This document shows, in pieces, positions 36,941-50,048 of a stretch of DNA of 64,000 nt; the stretch's first letter is position 1, and each line of letters opens with the position of its first letter. Position numbers and translations under genes: made by a program. This DNA is from Eledone cirrhosa. Its lineage: Eukaryota. The notes below the pieces were generated by a model. The model ran no database searches and was not told the origin of the DNA. It was given only the letters and a program-made list of their open reading frames with translations. The DNA lies in assembly GCA_964016885.1 (NCBI GenBank), contig OZ024755.1:34472001-34536000 (forward strand), given 5' to 3'.

Positions 36941-37708
36941 ACACACCCATGTATATTTATCTATATATATATATATATATATATACAAGTGTATATATAT
37001 ATATATACAAGTGTATATATATATATATACAAGTGTATATATATATATATATATATATAAGTGTGTATATATATATATATATATACAAGTGTATATATAT
37101 ATATATATATATACAAGTGTATATATATATATATATATACAACATTTACATACAATATTGATTTGAATATCATTCAATGTTTTTTTTCAATAAGTTTATT
37201 GTCTGTGGGTTGTCAGGTTTTATTTGATGTCTTGGTAGCTCTGTGTTTCACCTGGAAAATGATTGTCTTGGTAATTCTGTCTTTAGTTAAAAGATGACAA
37301 TCTTAGGTTTGTGGTTTGTTCCTCATAATCATTAGTAGTTCTGTCTGGTATATATATGATGTACAACTATCACTTGTTGTATTGTAATTCTTTTAAATAT
37401 AGTTGTTTCTATTAGATGTTTTATTTTTCACTTGATAGTTTCTAGCTGTATATACTCTGTAAGCTGGTAGATTTCGGATATGGTTTCTTGACCAGTTCTT
37501 GTATTGTTCTGGGGACTTCCATGTGGAAAAAATCATTTCTCTTTCTGAATGTTCTCTGTGACATTACCTTCACAATTGTGTCAAGTTTACTGCACCCTTC
37601 CCCTTACTTTTGCTATCTAGAATATTTTCTCTAGCTTCTTTTTGGGGTTTGTTTCTTGTCTTTTTCTTTTTTTTAATATCTAAACACGGATGAATTGTAA
37701 ATTTCTTT

Positions 37709-38135
37709 CTCTTCTTCTTCGCCCACTTAATCCTGAGAGAGTCATGAGGTCAGAGTCCTCACACACTCCTTCCAGTGGGTCCTGTCAGAAGCAACCATCT
37801 CCAACTGATCCAGCTGGATCCCCAAGTGAGACCAGCCAAGCTCATGGATGTTATCCAACCATCTTGCTCGGGGTCTACCTCTGGGTCTTCTGTCGGTTGG
37901 GTTTGCCTATAAAATCCATCCAGTGATTCTTTCCTGAGACATTCTTACCACATGTCCATAGTATCGGAGTTGGTATCTCTCTATTCAGAGAAGTAGTGGC
38001 TCGACCTGGAGAGACTCTCTGATCTCTGAGCTACGTACTCTATTGAGTAACGCCATCCCAAACACACTTTGGAGGAAACCCACCTCAGCCGCCCATATTC
38101 ACAATCACATTTCCTCAGTCATTACCCAAGATCCA
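37709..38135 (-). mobile_element. RTE LINE 3' end (another family; (GAA)n tail)
   Basis: The minus strand reads AAEVGFLQSV...RVRSSEIRESLQVEPLLL...QLRYYGHVVRM...RRPRGRPRARWLD. Confidence 0.85.
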
Positions 38136-38823
38136 TCACAGGCAAGGGTTTGCCTGAACATCAAGCTGAAGACAGCCTCCACACCCACCCTCTCCTCTGA
38201 TTACTGCAGCTGGTGCATTACTGCAATCAAATTCTTTCTCATACTTTAAAATAAAATATGCTACTGAAACACTATGACATGGAGCAGAGCATCAAATGGT
38301 TTTACCATTTGATTCCACACTGCATGAAACTGCCCCTAATTCTGTGATACAAAGCTGTTTGGTTTAAAGTATTTATATTTATCTAAAACTCTTTTGTCCT
38401 AGCTCTATATAAAAACCTTTCTTTAGTTATGTTCCAAATGCCAGCTTGATAATAAGAAATTTAGTTATATTATACATCTCCTTCAAATACTTAATTATTT
38501 TCAAACTGATTTCAAAATGATAGGTAGCATTATTTATTAGAAATATAGTAATGAAAGAGTTAAGGTGTATATATATGTTTGTATATCTGTGTGTGTATGT
38601 ATTTATAAGTGTATAACATTTACTGGTGTATATCAGCAAAGGATAATGACACCAACACGAATCCAGAAAACCAGTGATACTTCCTTCTAACCTCCACCTT
38701 CAGAAATGCAATAATCCAGTGATTTGCTTATTGAAAATCCATAATGGTTCTGTTCACAAATTACAATGTTCATATATTCTATAAGTTACACAAACTCACA
38801 TTATTACTCGATATAGTAGATAT

Positions 38824-39708
38824 GGAGAAGGTACATGGCTTAGTGGTTAGGGCATCAGGCTTACAATCATAAGGTTGTGAGTTTGATTCTCGGACCAGGC
38901 TTTGCATTGTGTCCTTGAGCAAGACACTTTATTTCACATTGCTACAGTTCACTCTGTAGAAACAAGTTGTGATGTCACTGGTGCCTAGCTGTATCAGTCA
39001 TTGCCTTTCTCTTGGACAACATTATGTATAATATATATATAGTGTATATATTATATATATAGTTGTGATGTCACTGGTGCCAAGCTGTATCAGCCATTAC
39101 ATTTCCCTTGGACAACATTATATATAATATATATACAGTGTGTATATATATATATATATATATATAACGTATATATTATATATATAGTTGTGATGTTACT
39201 GGTGCCAAGCTGTATCAGTCATTACAACATTATATATAATATATATACAGTGTATATATATATATATATAGTTGTGATGTCACTGGTGCCAAGCTGTATC
39301 AGCCATTACATTTCCCTTGGACAACATTATATATAATATATATACAGTGTATATATATATATAAAACGTATATATTATATATATAGTTGTGATGTCACTG
39401 GTGCCAAGCTGTATCAGCCATTACATTTCCCTTGGACAACATTATATATAATATATATACAGTGTGTATATATATATATATATATATATAGTGTATATAT
39501 TATATATATACTTGTGATGTCACTGGTGCCAGGCTGTATTAGTCATTGCCTTTCTCTTGGACAAGATTGGTGGGGTGCAGAGGGGAGGCTGGTATTCATG
39601 GGCAACTGTTGGTCTTCCACAAACAACCTTGCCCAGACTTGTGCCTTGGAAGGGAACTTTCTAGGTTCAAATCCCATGGTCATTTATGACCAAAGGGAGG
39701 CTTTACCC
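38824..39708 (+). mobile_element. SINE family C with an internal ~60-bp segment amplified about seven times between TA spacers
   Basis: Head at 38824; repeated GTTGTGATGTCACTGGTGCCAAGCTGTATCAG...GGACAACATTA; normal 3' body resumes ~39565. Confidence 0.88.
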
Positions 39709-39813
39709 TAGTAGATAAGGTATTATTATATAAATACAATTAGTGAATAACCACATGTACTTCTTTGGTTTCAATACTGGACATAGTGTTATCTGATGTT
39801 CCTTTGAAAATTG

Positions 39814-40826
39814 AATGAAGTGATTTGAGTCCCTGGCTTGGCTGACTACATGTAATGAAGTGATTTGAGTCCCTGGCTTGGCTGACTACATGTAATGAAG
39901 TGATTTGAGTCCCTGGCTTGGCTGACTACATGTAATGAAGTGATTTGAGTCCCTGGCTTGGCTGACTACATGTAATGAAGTGATTTGAGTCCCTGGCTTG
40001 GCTGACTACATGTAATGAAGTGATTTGAGTCCCTGGCTTGGCTGACTACATGTAATGAAGTGATTTGAGTCCCTAGCTTGGCTGACTACATGTAATGAAG
40101 TGATTTGAGTCCTTAGCTTGGCTGACTACATGTAATGAAGTGATTAGAGTCCCTGGCTTGGCTGACTACATGTAATGAAGTGATTAGAGTCCCTGGCTTG
40201 GCTGACTACATGTAATGAAGTGATTTGAGTCCCTAGCTTGGCTGACTACATGTAATGAAGTGATTTGAGTCCTTAGCTTGGCTGACTACATGTAATGAAG
40301 TGATTAGAGTCCCTGGCTTGGCTGACTACATGTAATGAAGTGATTTGAGTCCCTGGCTTGGCTGACTACATGTAATGAAGTGATTTGAGTCCCTAGCTTG
40401 GCTGACTACATGTAATGAAGTGATTTGAGTCCTTAGCTTGGCTGACTACATGTAATGAAGTGATTAGAGTCCCTGGCTTGGCTGACTACATGTAATGAAG
40501 TGATTTGAGTCCCTGGCTTGGCTGACTACATGTAATGAAGTGATTTGAGTCCCTGGCTTGGCTGACAGTACATGTAATGAAGTGATTTGAGTCCCTAGCT
40601 TGGCTGACTACATGTAATGAAGTGATTTGAGTCCCTGGCTTGGCTGACTACATGTAATGAAGTGATTTGAGTCCCTGGCTTGGCTGACAGTACATGTAAT
40701 GAAGTGATTTGAGTCCCTGGCTTGGCTGACAGTACATGTAATGAAGTGATTTGAGTCCCTAGCTTGGCTGACTACATGTAATGAAGTGATTTAAGTCCCT
40801 AGCTTGGCTGACAATACATGTAATGA
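39814..40826. repeat. 40-bp minisatellite (~25 copies)
   Basis: Unit AATGAAGTGATTTGAGTCCCTGGCTTGGCTGACTACATGT. Confidence 0.97.
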
Positions 40827-41029
40827 GCCCCTATACAGGTTTAAGGATCCCGTTTACTTGACTTTAAAACACTGGGTTAGTTTTCAGCCTGTGTTAGGGA
40901 AGAGGGAGAGAGTGGGAGGTTAGTGCCATTATCTCCATTAATCAGAATTGCTACCTGGCTTGTGAGCAGGTCCTTGATAAGGATTGCAACTGTGAGGAAT
41001 TGAGATCTCTCATTGCCCAATACTCCATG

Positions 41030-41392
41030 GAGAAAAAGAAGGAGGAGGAGGAGAAAAAGAAAAGGAAAAAAAAAGATGAAAAGAAAAAAGAAAATGTAGA
41101 AAAAGAAGAAAAAAGAAAAGAAAAAGATGAAAAAGATGAAAAAGAAAAGAAAAAGAAGAAAAAGAAGGCAAAGAAGAAGAAAAGAAAAAAAGAAAAGAAG
41201 AAAAGAAGAAAAAAAAGAAAAGAAAAAGAAAGAAAAGAAGAAAAAGAAGAAAAAGAAGGCAAAGAAGAAGAAAAAGAAAAAGCAGAAGAAGAAAAAGAAG
41301 GAGAAGAAGAAAAAGAAGAAAAAAAAAGAAAAAGAAGAAAAAGAAGAAAAAGAAGAAAAAGAAGAAAAAGAAAAGAAGAAGAAAGAAAAAGA
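41030..41392. repeat. (GAA/GAAAA)n purine tract
   Basis: Direct reading. Confidence 0.95.
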
Positions 41393-41877
41393 ATAATTTT
41401 ATTTCAACTATACACATATTTCCAACAAATTATTAAATTGTAGCAAAGTAAAAATAATAAAAAATGTTTTTACAATTAATTGATTAGCAGACGATATTAC
41501 AATGACCTATTATATATATTTGACCTATGTATAATCATATATGTATTATGATTATATCTTATAATTATAGGAGGATTTATTTCATATCCAGTTATAGGAT
41601 AATCCTTTCTGCTTTGCAATTATTTGGCTGTCTAGTGATAAGAGATTAAAGATTGAATCTGAAATTAAAATATTGTTAAATTGTAGCTAATCACATAATT
41701 TGTTAGAGTCAGGCTGCAGGGTTTGCTTTTTATCATTTTGTTAAGACAGCCAGGGCAGTTTCTGTAATTCTCTCTTTTTCAGAGCCTATGAGATTGATCA
41801 GAGGGAGAAAGTTATCTTCTAACTAAAGACTTGGTAGAAATGCTTGCAACAGAGGGAATTCTACCCACATAACGTAA

Positions 41878-43430
41878 TGGTGTTAAGTCAAGTGGTAGAT
41901 TAAGTGTACCACATACTAGGTAGTGGTGTTAAGTCAAGTGGTAGATTAAGTCTACCTCATACTAGGTAGTGGTGTTAAGTCAAGTGGTAGATTAAGTCTA
42001 CTTCATACTAAGTAGTGGTGTTAAGTCAAGTGGCAGATTAAGTCTACCACACACTAGGTAGTGGTGTTAAGTCAAGTGGTAGATTAAGTCTACCACATAC
42101 TAGGTAGTGGTGTTAAGTCAAGTGGTAGATTAAGTCTACCTCATACTAGGTAGTGGTGTTAAGTCAAGTGGTAGATTAAGTCTACTTCATACTAAGTAGT
42201 GGTGTTAAGTCAAGTGGCAGATTAAGTCTACCACACACTAGGTAGTGGTGTTAAGTCAAGTGGTAGATTAAGTCTACCACATACTAGGTAGTGGTGTTAA
42301 GTCAAGTGGTAGATTAAGTCTACCACATACTAGGTAGTGGTGTTAAGTCAAGTGGTAGATTAAGTCTACTACTTACTAGGTAGTGGTAAGTTAAGTGGTA
42401 GATTAAGTCTACCTCATACTAGGTAGTGGTGTTAAGTCAAGTGGTAGATTAAGTGTACCACATACTAGGTAGTGGTGTTAAGTCTACCACACACTAGATA
42501 GTGGTGTTAAGTCAAGTGGTAGATTAAGTCTACCACATACTAGGTAGTGGTGTTAAGTCAAGTGGTAGATTAAGTCTACCTCATACTAGGTAGTGGTGTT
42601 AAGTCAAGTGGTAGATTAAGTCTACCACATACTAGGTAGTGGTGTTAAGTGACAAATTAAGTCTACCACATACTAGGCAGTGGTGTTAAGTGACAGATTA
42701 AGTCTACCACATACTAGGTAGTGGTGTTAAGTCATGTGGTAGATTAAGTCTACCTCATACTATGTAGTGGTGTTAAGTCAAGTGTTAGATTAAGTCTACC
42801 ACATACTAGGTAGTGGTGTTAAATCAAGTGGTAGATTAAGTCTACCACTTACTAGGTAGTGGTGTTAAGTCAAGTGGTAGATTAAGTCTACCTCATACTA
42901 GGTAGTGGTGTTAAGTCAAGTGGTAGATTAAGTCTACCACTTACTAGGTAGTGGTGTTAAGTCAAGTGGTAGATTAAGTCTACCACATACTAGGTAGTGG
43001 TGTTAAGTCAAGTGGTAGATTAAGCCTACCACATACTAGGTAGTGGTGTTAAGTCAAGTGGTAGATTAAGTCTACCACTTACTAGGTAGTGGTGTTAAAT
43101 CAAGTGGTAGATTAATTCTACCACTTACTAGGTAGTGGTGTTAAGTCAAGTGGTAGATTAAGTCTACCACATACTAGGTAGTGGTGTTAAGTCAAGTGGT
43201 AGATTAAGTCTACCACATACTAGGTAGTGGTCAAGTGGTAGATTAAGTCTACCACATACTAGCCAGTGGTGTTAAGTCAAGTGGTAGATTAAATCTACCA
43301 CATACTAGGTAGAGGTGTTAAGACAAGTGGTAGATTAAGTTACCTCATACTAGGTAGTGGTGTTAAGTCAAGTGGTAGATTAACTCTACCAGATACTAGG
43401 TAGATGTGGTAAGTGACAGATTAAGTCTAC
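41878..43430. repeat. 46-bp minisatellite (~33 copies) with an internal hairpin
   Basis: Unit GGTGTTAAGTCAAGTGGTAGATTAAGTCTACCACATACTAGGTAGT; GTGGTAGA/TCTACCAC inverted repeat. Confidence 0.97.
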
Positions 43431-43561
43431 TCAGCAAAGCCTGAAACTCAAACAACCACAGTGAATACTTCTTGCCATTTTGCCTCTTATACTGGTTTGT
43501 ATCAGCAATGGATATATATAATTAGGTTTGGGTCTTTTATTTTGTGTTTGCATGAGTTGGA

Positions 43562-43732
43562 TGGTGGGTCTTTATCACCACAGTTGGGAGGGTGGGGATC
43601 TTTATCACCACAGTCGGAAGGTGGGGGTCTTTATCACCACAGCTGGGAGGGTGGGGGTCTTTATCACCACAGTTGAGTGGGTGGGGATCTTTATCACCAC
43701 AGTCAGAGGGTGGGGGTATTTATTACCACAGT
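43562..43732. repeat. ~29-30 bp minisatellite (~6 copies)
   Basis: GGTGGGG.TCTTTATCACCACAG unit. Confidence 0.88.
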
Positions 43733-45250
43733 TTCTTGTGATCCTTCATTATCTCCTTTGTGGGGTTCAGTGTTTTGAGGTCCACTCTCACCCCCTCTAT
43801 TTGGCGCTTTCTTGGTCTTTCTCTACTGCAAATGTTTCCTACTGTAAGTAACTATAAAAAAAATAATGCAACATCTTCACTCTACCCAGAAGCTTTTGGT
43901 CTTGCAAAAGCTTTATTTTTTATGAAGGTTGAATTGTTGACCATCTGGTTTTTTAGAGAACTTTGTCAGTTTGTAGTAATTGGTGAGAGCAGGGATGTCA
44001 AGTCTGAATGCTAGTGAAAAAATTACTCATTTCTGGCCTAAAGTCTCCTTCTTTTTTGACGGAAAAGAAAAAAAATCCTCATCTCTCTCATAGACTCTCC
44101 TTTTCTGATGGAAAAGAAAATTTTTTTTTTTTTTCTCTTTATCTTACACAGCCTAACTGCAGATAAAATAAAATGAAGAGACGTTTTCAGGAAATGTAGG
44201 CCTTAAGTGAACCCAATTGCCCAGTATTCAGTAATATGATAGTTCTATCAAAGGTGTTGGAGAGGTGTGTTCTCAATGAAACAGGGTGAGGCAAGACAAA
44301 AAAAAAAACTTAACATTTACTGCTATGAAAGTTGATCGTTAGGTGAGTGATTAGCCATGCATTTATTCCATGTTAACTAAAGCTTTTAGCTGTTTTTCTG
44401 TCTACAACATAACCCACCGCACAACACATCGCACCCTTCCTACTTCATCATACCACACCACACCACACTCTTTCTACATCATACCATATTATACTACCAC
44501 ACCTGTAGAGTAGGAAAGCAAGTGAAGTTGAGTGTCTTTCTAAGCTTTTATCTTCTTCCACTAATGGCTTTGCTTATATCAAAGTTTATTTTATGATTTC
44601 AGTTACATTAGCAAATGTTATGCTGCTCAGTTTAGTTCAAAATCTCTGACAAAGAGATGACCAATAAGTGGTAGGTATGTGGATACACAAGTAAATAAAT
44701 ATGGGTAAGTGTAAGTAGGAGTTGTGATAGTTAGGTGTGAGGGTAACAGAGATTGTAGCAGAACTGGCAGACAGTATGAGAAGGACAAAACAAAACAAAA
44801 CAAAACAAAACAAAAAAGGTAAAAAAAAAAATAAAGTTTAAAAAAAAGAAAAAAAAGAACAATAAATAACAAAAGTAAGATATCTGTTGTGATATAATTG
44901 CACTTATTCACCTTTAGTAGGGTTACTAGTTATTCTACTATCTACCATCAGAGGTGGCTGATAAACCAATTTATTGCTGTTTCGATGTAATATTAATAGA
45001 AGAAATAGAAGAGACAATAGACTTGTGAGAAAGAAAAGAAGATGGAAAATGAAAATGACTTGCATCTTACTCTTCTAGTTGAGGCTACCACAGTGAATTA
45101 ACATAGTGTTTACACAAACACATACATACATGCACATATAAGCAAGTTTACAGTCATACACAACACACTTTCTTCTGTACACACAATACACATATATACA
45201 CAACCAAATCGGTTGGACTAAAAACCTTCTCATAGACATCATCATCATCA

Positions 45251-45456
45251 TTGGTAGTATAGGTAGAGTGCCGGACAATATGCTTTGCAGTATCGAGTTA
45301 CGGCCCTTTATGTTCTGAGTTCAAATCCCGCCGAGGTTAGCTTTGCCTCTCAACCTTATAGAGTTGATAAAATAAAGTACCAGTAACAAACTGGATTCGA
45401 TTTAATCCACTTGCTCCTTCCCAAAAATTGTTGGCCTTGTACCTAAAGTTGAAACC
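45251..45456 (+). mobile_element. SINE family A, diverged
   Basis: GAGTTCAAATCCCGCCGAGGTT...GATAAAATAAAGTACCAGT. Confidence 0.82.
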
Positions 45457-45835
45457 CTTATCATTTGAATGTCCATTTTTCTATGCTAGCTAGTATAAAT
45501 CGGAAGAGTGTGCCATACATTGTATCATTTTGTTAGAGAAGCCCAGCAGCCTGAGATTTTACTTCACTATTTATTCCCATGCTTCTCTTAGGCTATCCCT
45601 CCAATTTCTGCACATATCACTTTAGTATCTACCACTTAGTGCCGAAGTTAGGACAAATGAAGCCCTGTGCTAGTTAAGTTATGAGGCCCCTTTGAACATT
45701 AGACATTTGAAAATTTGAAAATCTCACCGTAAAAATTTTGGGGGGAGCCCTGTGCTAACACACAGCTAATGACAATCGTAGATACAGCATTGCTATCACT
45801 CATTACCAATTTACTTTACATAGTTCTATTAGTGT

Positions 45836-46500
45836 CATCATCATCATTCGGCAGCCTCAGCCGAAATCAACTCAACAATTGATCTCCACATGGGTCTGTC
45901 ATTCATTGCCATTGCCAAATCCTCGATTTCAATACCAGAATCTCTGGAGATGACGTCGGGATAGGAAAGCTTGCGGCCCCTGTTATTAGTGACTGCTTGT
46001 GGTTTCCAAAGCACTAATGGGGACACAGCCTCATAGGTGGCCAGAAAATCAGGATAGGAGAGCATGCGGCCCCTGTTATTAGTGGCTGCTTGTGGTTTCC
46101 AAAGCACTAATGGGGACACAGCCTCATAGGTGGCCAGCAAATCAGGATAGGAGAGCAGCGGCCCATGTTATTAGTGACTGCTTGTGGTTTCCAAAGCACT
46201 AATGGGGACACAACCTCATAGGTGGCCAGCAAATCAGGATAGGAGAGCTTGTGTCTCCTGTTATTAATGACTGCTTCTGGTTTCCAAAGCACTAATGGGA
46301 CACAACCTCATAGGTGGCCAGCAAATCAGGATAGGAGAGCTTGTGTCTCCTGTTATTAATGACTGCTTCTGGTTTCCAAAGCACTAATGGGGACACAACC
46401 TCATAGGTGGCACGATGGCAGTGGCCAGCAAATCTTACTCTCCTTTTACATACAATGACAGATATGTGTGGGAGGCCAGCATGTATTTCAGCTAAGGCAG
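45836..46500 (-). mobile_element. RTE-like LINE 3' end with a ~93-bp coding segment repeated five times; (TGA)n tail
   Basis: RRVRFAGHCHRA...VLWKP...GRKLSYPDVISRDSG...AMNDRPMWRSIV; repeat starts at about 46011, 46104, 46196, 46289 and 46381. Confidence 0.85.
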
Positions 46501-47110
46501 AGGCTTGAACCATGGTGCAAATCAATGAATAGTCCATGTTTTCTATAGCTGGATACAAGTGCGTGTCGCCATGACTCCACAGCATTAGAGTAATTGGCTG
46601 TCCTGTAGATGCTAGTGGATGTCTATGCTGTTCAGCAACTTTGTTCGGCTTCTTTGTGCACGATTATTTTACTGATTATAACTTCAATGGATCATGCTTG
46701 CCTCTTGTCACTCAATACTCCAAAAATCTTCCACCTACACAATTCTCAGAAAATCATACAAGATGGCTACTAACACATTAAAGTTGTTGTTTGAATCGAT
46801 GTAATAACAATTATTTTGAAGTTCATAGGAGGAGACTGACATTTTAAAGTACTAGAATTGTTTTCAACATGCTGACATATATGTGTATATGTGTGTGTAT
46901 ATGCATACATTTATATGAATGAGTATATAAATATAAACATGCAAACATAGACACACAAAAATACACACACACAGTTATACATTCACACAAATACACACAC
47001 ACATACATTTACACAGACACACATACACACACACACACTGTGTGATAGACGGAAGTCATTCAAATTTATATATAGATGTTCTTTGCTATAAATCAAAGAC
47101 TTTCACACAA

Positions 47111-47425
47111 GAAAAGGCATGTAGCTTAGTGGTTAGAGTGCTGGATTCACAATCATGGGGATGTCAGTTTGATTCTCAGACTGGGTAGAACATTGTGTTC
47201 TTGGGCAAGACACTTTATTTCACATTGCTTCAGGTCATTCAACTGGAGAAATGAGTTCCAGCATCACTAATACCAAGCTGTATTGGCCTTTACCATTGGT
47301 GGCATGGAGAGAGGAGACTGGTATACATGGTAAACTACTGGTCTTCCACAAAAACACCTACAACAGGTTTGTGCCTCAGGAGGGAGCTTGCTAGGAACAT
47401 TCATGAAAGTGGGTCTTTACCCTTT
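47111..47425 (+). mobile_element. SINE family C, diverged
   Basis: Head, CORE-like block and GGCATGGAGAGAGGAGACTGGTAT body. Confidence 0.8.
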
Positions 47426-47732
47426 TACAACACATGAACAATAACTATGAAATAGTTGTAAATAAATCAGGAGTTGAATCCCCTGAGATGGAAAAAGGGC
47501 AGGTTATCTACTTTTTTTCTTCCCCAGGGGGTTATATATGATTTATTCTTAAATATTTTAAAGTTTCAATTCATGTGATGTAGTTCTTTGCTTTATAGAA
47601 AAAACATATTTTGAAACATAGAACACTTGATGAAAGGCTGGCTAATAGCCATTGTGATCAGACAATCTAGTCTGAACATGAAACCTAAGGCTGCACAATA
47701 ATTTTCATGTGTATGAATCATTTCTCATTCTT

Positions 47733-47768
47733 TCTTCTGATAAAGGACCAGCATCCGAAACGTTAAGA
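47733..47768 (+). ncRNA. Minimal hammerhead-like motif with G8-to-A change (probable PLE pLTR remnant running to (TA)n at ~47855)
   Basis: TCTT-CTGATAA-A-GGA(CCAGCA)TCC-GAA-ACGT-T-AAGA. Confidence 0.55.
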
Positions 47769-47883
47769 CCCTCTTCCTACTATTTCAAGCATTAACCTAA
47801 TACTTTCCTTCCATATACTGTACTGATCGTGTTGTTATTTCTGTTTACCTTTTATATACATACACATATACATATATATATAT

Positions 47884-48234
47884 CACCATCAGCATCACCG
47901 TTTTACGTCTGTTCTTCCACGCTAGCATGGGTTAGACGGGTTGTCCTGTTGCAGGCAGTGTCCAGTCAGCTGACCTTGTCTTACTCATACAGGAACTGAT
48001 TCTGGCTTGATTTCTACAGCTGGATGCCCTTCCTAACACCAACCTCATTTACAGTGAGTGCTGGGTGCTTTTTTTGCCGTGGCACCTCCACAACCACTTT
48101 GCAGTAGAATGATATGGAGCAATGTGAAATAAAGTGTCTTGCTCAAGGAAACAACACATCACCCGGTCTGAGAATTGAACTCACAACCTTTCGATTGCAA
48201 GGCCAATGCTCTAACCACTAAGCCATGTGCCTCC
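47884..48234 (-). mobile_element. SINE family B variant with a longer RTE-derived tail
   Basis: Family B head and body, but the tail is of the GCTAGCATGGGTTAGACGGGTTGTCC type. Confidence 0.85.
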
Positions 48235-48979
48235 ATGTATATATATATATATAATTATAGAGACATATTATATAGATATATTATATAGATATATTATATA
48301 TATATATATAATTAGATAGACAGATACATAGATAGACACATAAGCTGTTTAGCCTCAGGTCAGCCTTATTCCAGCAGATTTATGATTAAAAGTATTTTAT
48401 CTGTGATCACTCCTCCATCATATTTTCAAATATAGTGCATCTAGCATCTAGGCCCAGAATATTCGATTTAATTCCTTTTAAAACAGTGAAGAATATTTGG
48501 TCACTATTTATAGCATGTCATCTGCATAGAGGCTCTCTTGTTGGTCTGTAAATATATGTGTGTGATGTATGCATGTAATTCAGATGTATATCTTATACAA
48601 GCAAATTTATATGTAAAATCTACATGTATTTAAATCATTACTGTCTTGCTGTCTGATTGTATTGGCAAGATATAACATGATGTTTCTGGGATGTTTAATC
48701 ATATGTGGGCAGACCATTTTTTTTTTATCTAGATTAACAGTGGGATAGGAAGTGCTATGGATTTCTCTGTGAGACAGAAATCTCAGTACTTCAATCTATT
48801 CGCAAATGCTGTTGTTTCATGTACACGATTACATCGTATATATCAGTCTCAGACTGATGTCATAGTAATTAAGAATACATCTAAACATATGACAAGTACT
48901 TGTGGGTAGAAAGTTTCACACTTGGAATCATAACACTATACATGATGCAGTCATCATTATTCACATAATTTATATATAA

Positions 48980-49169
48980 TAATTGTTTCTACTTTTTTCA
49001 CAAGGCCAGCAATAACCAGTGCATTACTGGTACTTTATTTTATCGACCCCGTAAGAATGAAAGGCAATGTTAACCTCGGCGGGATTTGAACTCAGACCAT
49101 AATGGGCCGTAACTCTATGCTGAAAAGCATGGTGTCCGACCCTCTACCGATACTGCCAATCCACCGCCC
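48980..49169 (-). mobile_element. SINE family A
   Basis: Reverse complement of 3147-3331. Confidence 0.9.
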
Positions 49170-49624
49170 TAATAATAATAATACTGAAACAAAGTCATTA
49201 GATATTAAATGATTCCTCTATTAGCCACACAGGGCTCACATTAAGGAAACATTAAAGATGGTACAGGATGATACAGTGTGGGTTTTCTTTGTGTAAAATA
49301 AAATTTAAAAAAGAGACTAAGAAAATAAACATTTAAAACAAACATAACTTCCCCAAAGGTGACTCTAAGGGTCACTCGTGTATAAATCCCACAAGAGACA
49401 CGATCACCCCATCTACTATGGCAAAGTAGCCCTCTCCCAGTCTTTCTACTCCAATCTACAGGTATATGCTCAAGGCAGACCCATTCATATGGACCATACT
49501 GGCCACTCTCCCCGACCTTTCAACAAACTGGTTGGAAGGCAGCACTCCCCTCTCCACCCTTATTATGGACAGTGTTCAGATGCACTACAACAAATAATAA
49601 TTAAACAAAATTAATTCTATAACC

Positions 49625-49717
49625 TCAGCTAGAGATTGAACCTCTAACTACACTATGTAAGTCACAAGAGGCAACACTCTTACCAACTGAGCCACTGTAA
49701 TCTAATTATAATTATGC
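49625..49717 (-). other. Degenerate tRNA-like head (Pol III A/B boxes)
   Basis: Minus strand TGGCTCAGTTGGTAAGAG...GGTTCAATCTC; no cloverleaf. Confidence 0.4.
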
Positions 49718-49819
49718 AATGTTTTTCAAGTTAAATATATGTTCTATTAGATTTGATGTATCTAAAGTTACATGCTATAGTGATAAATTATCATATTATT
49801 TAAAACAAAAAAAAATTAT

Positions 49820-50048
49820 GTTCCGCGTGAAGTGACTAAGAGTACAAGATGTCCCCGTGGACAGGACACCAGTCCATCGCAGCGTTAAACATCCAGCTAT
49901 AGCTGGTTCTTATTTTCAGCTGTGTATACTGGAGCAACGTGAAATGAAGTGTTTTGCTCAAGAACACAACACACAGCCCAGCCCAGGAATTGAACCCATG
50001 ACATAATGATCATAATTCTAACACCCTTAACACAAGGCCACTTGCCTC
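49820..50048 (-). mobile_element. SINE family D
   Basis: Reverse complement similar to 6444-6660. Confidence 0.8.

Noticed and set aside
37150-37690. Possible decayed LINE endonuclease on the minus strand (TWKSP-like)
   Set aside because: Too degenerate to support without a profile search.
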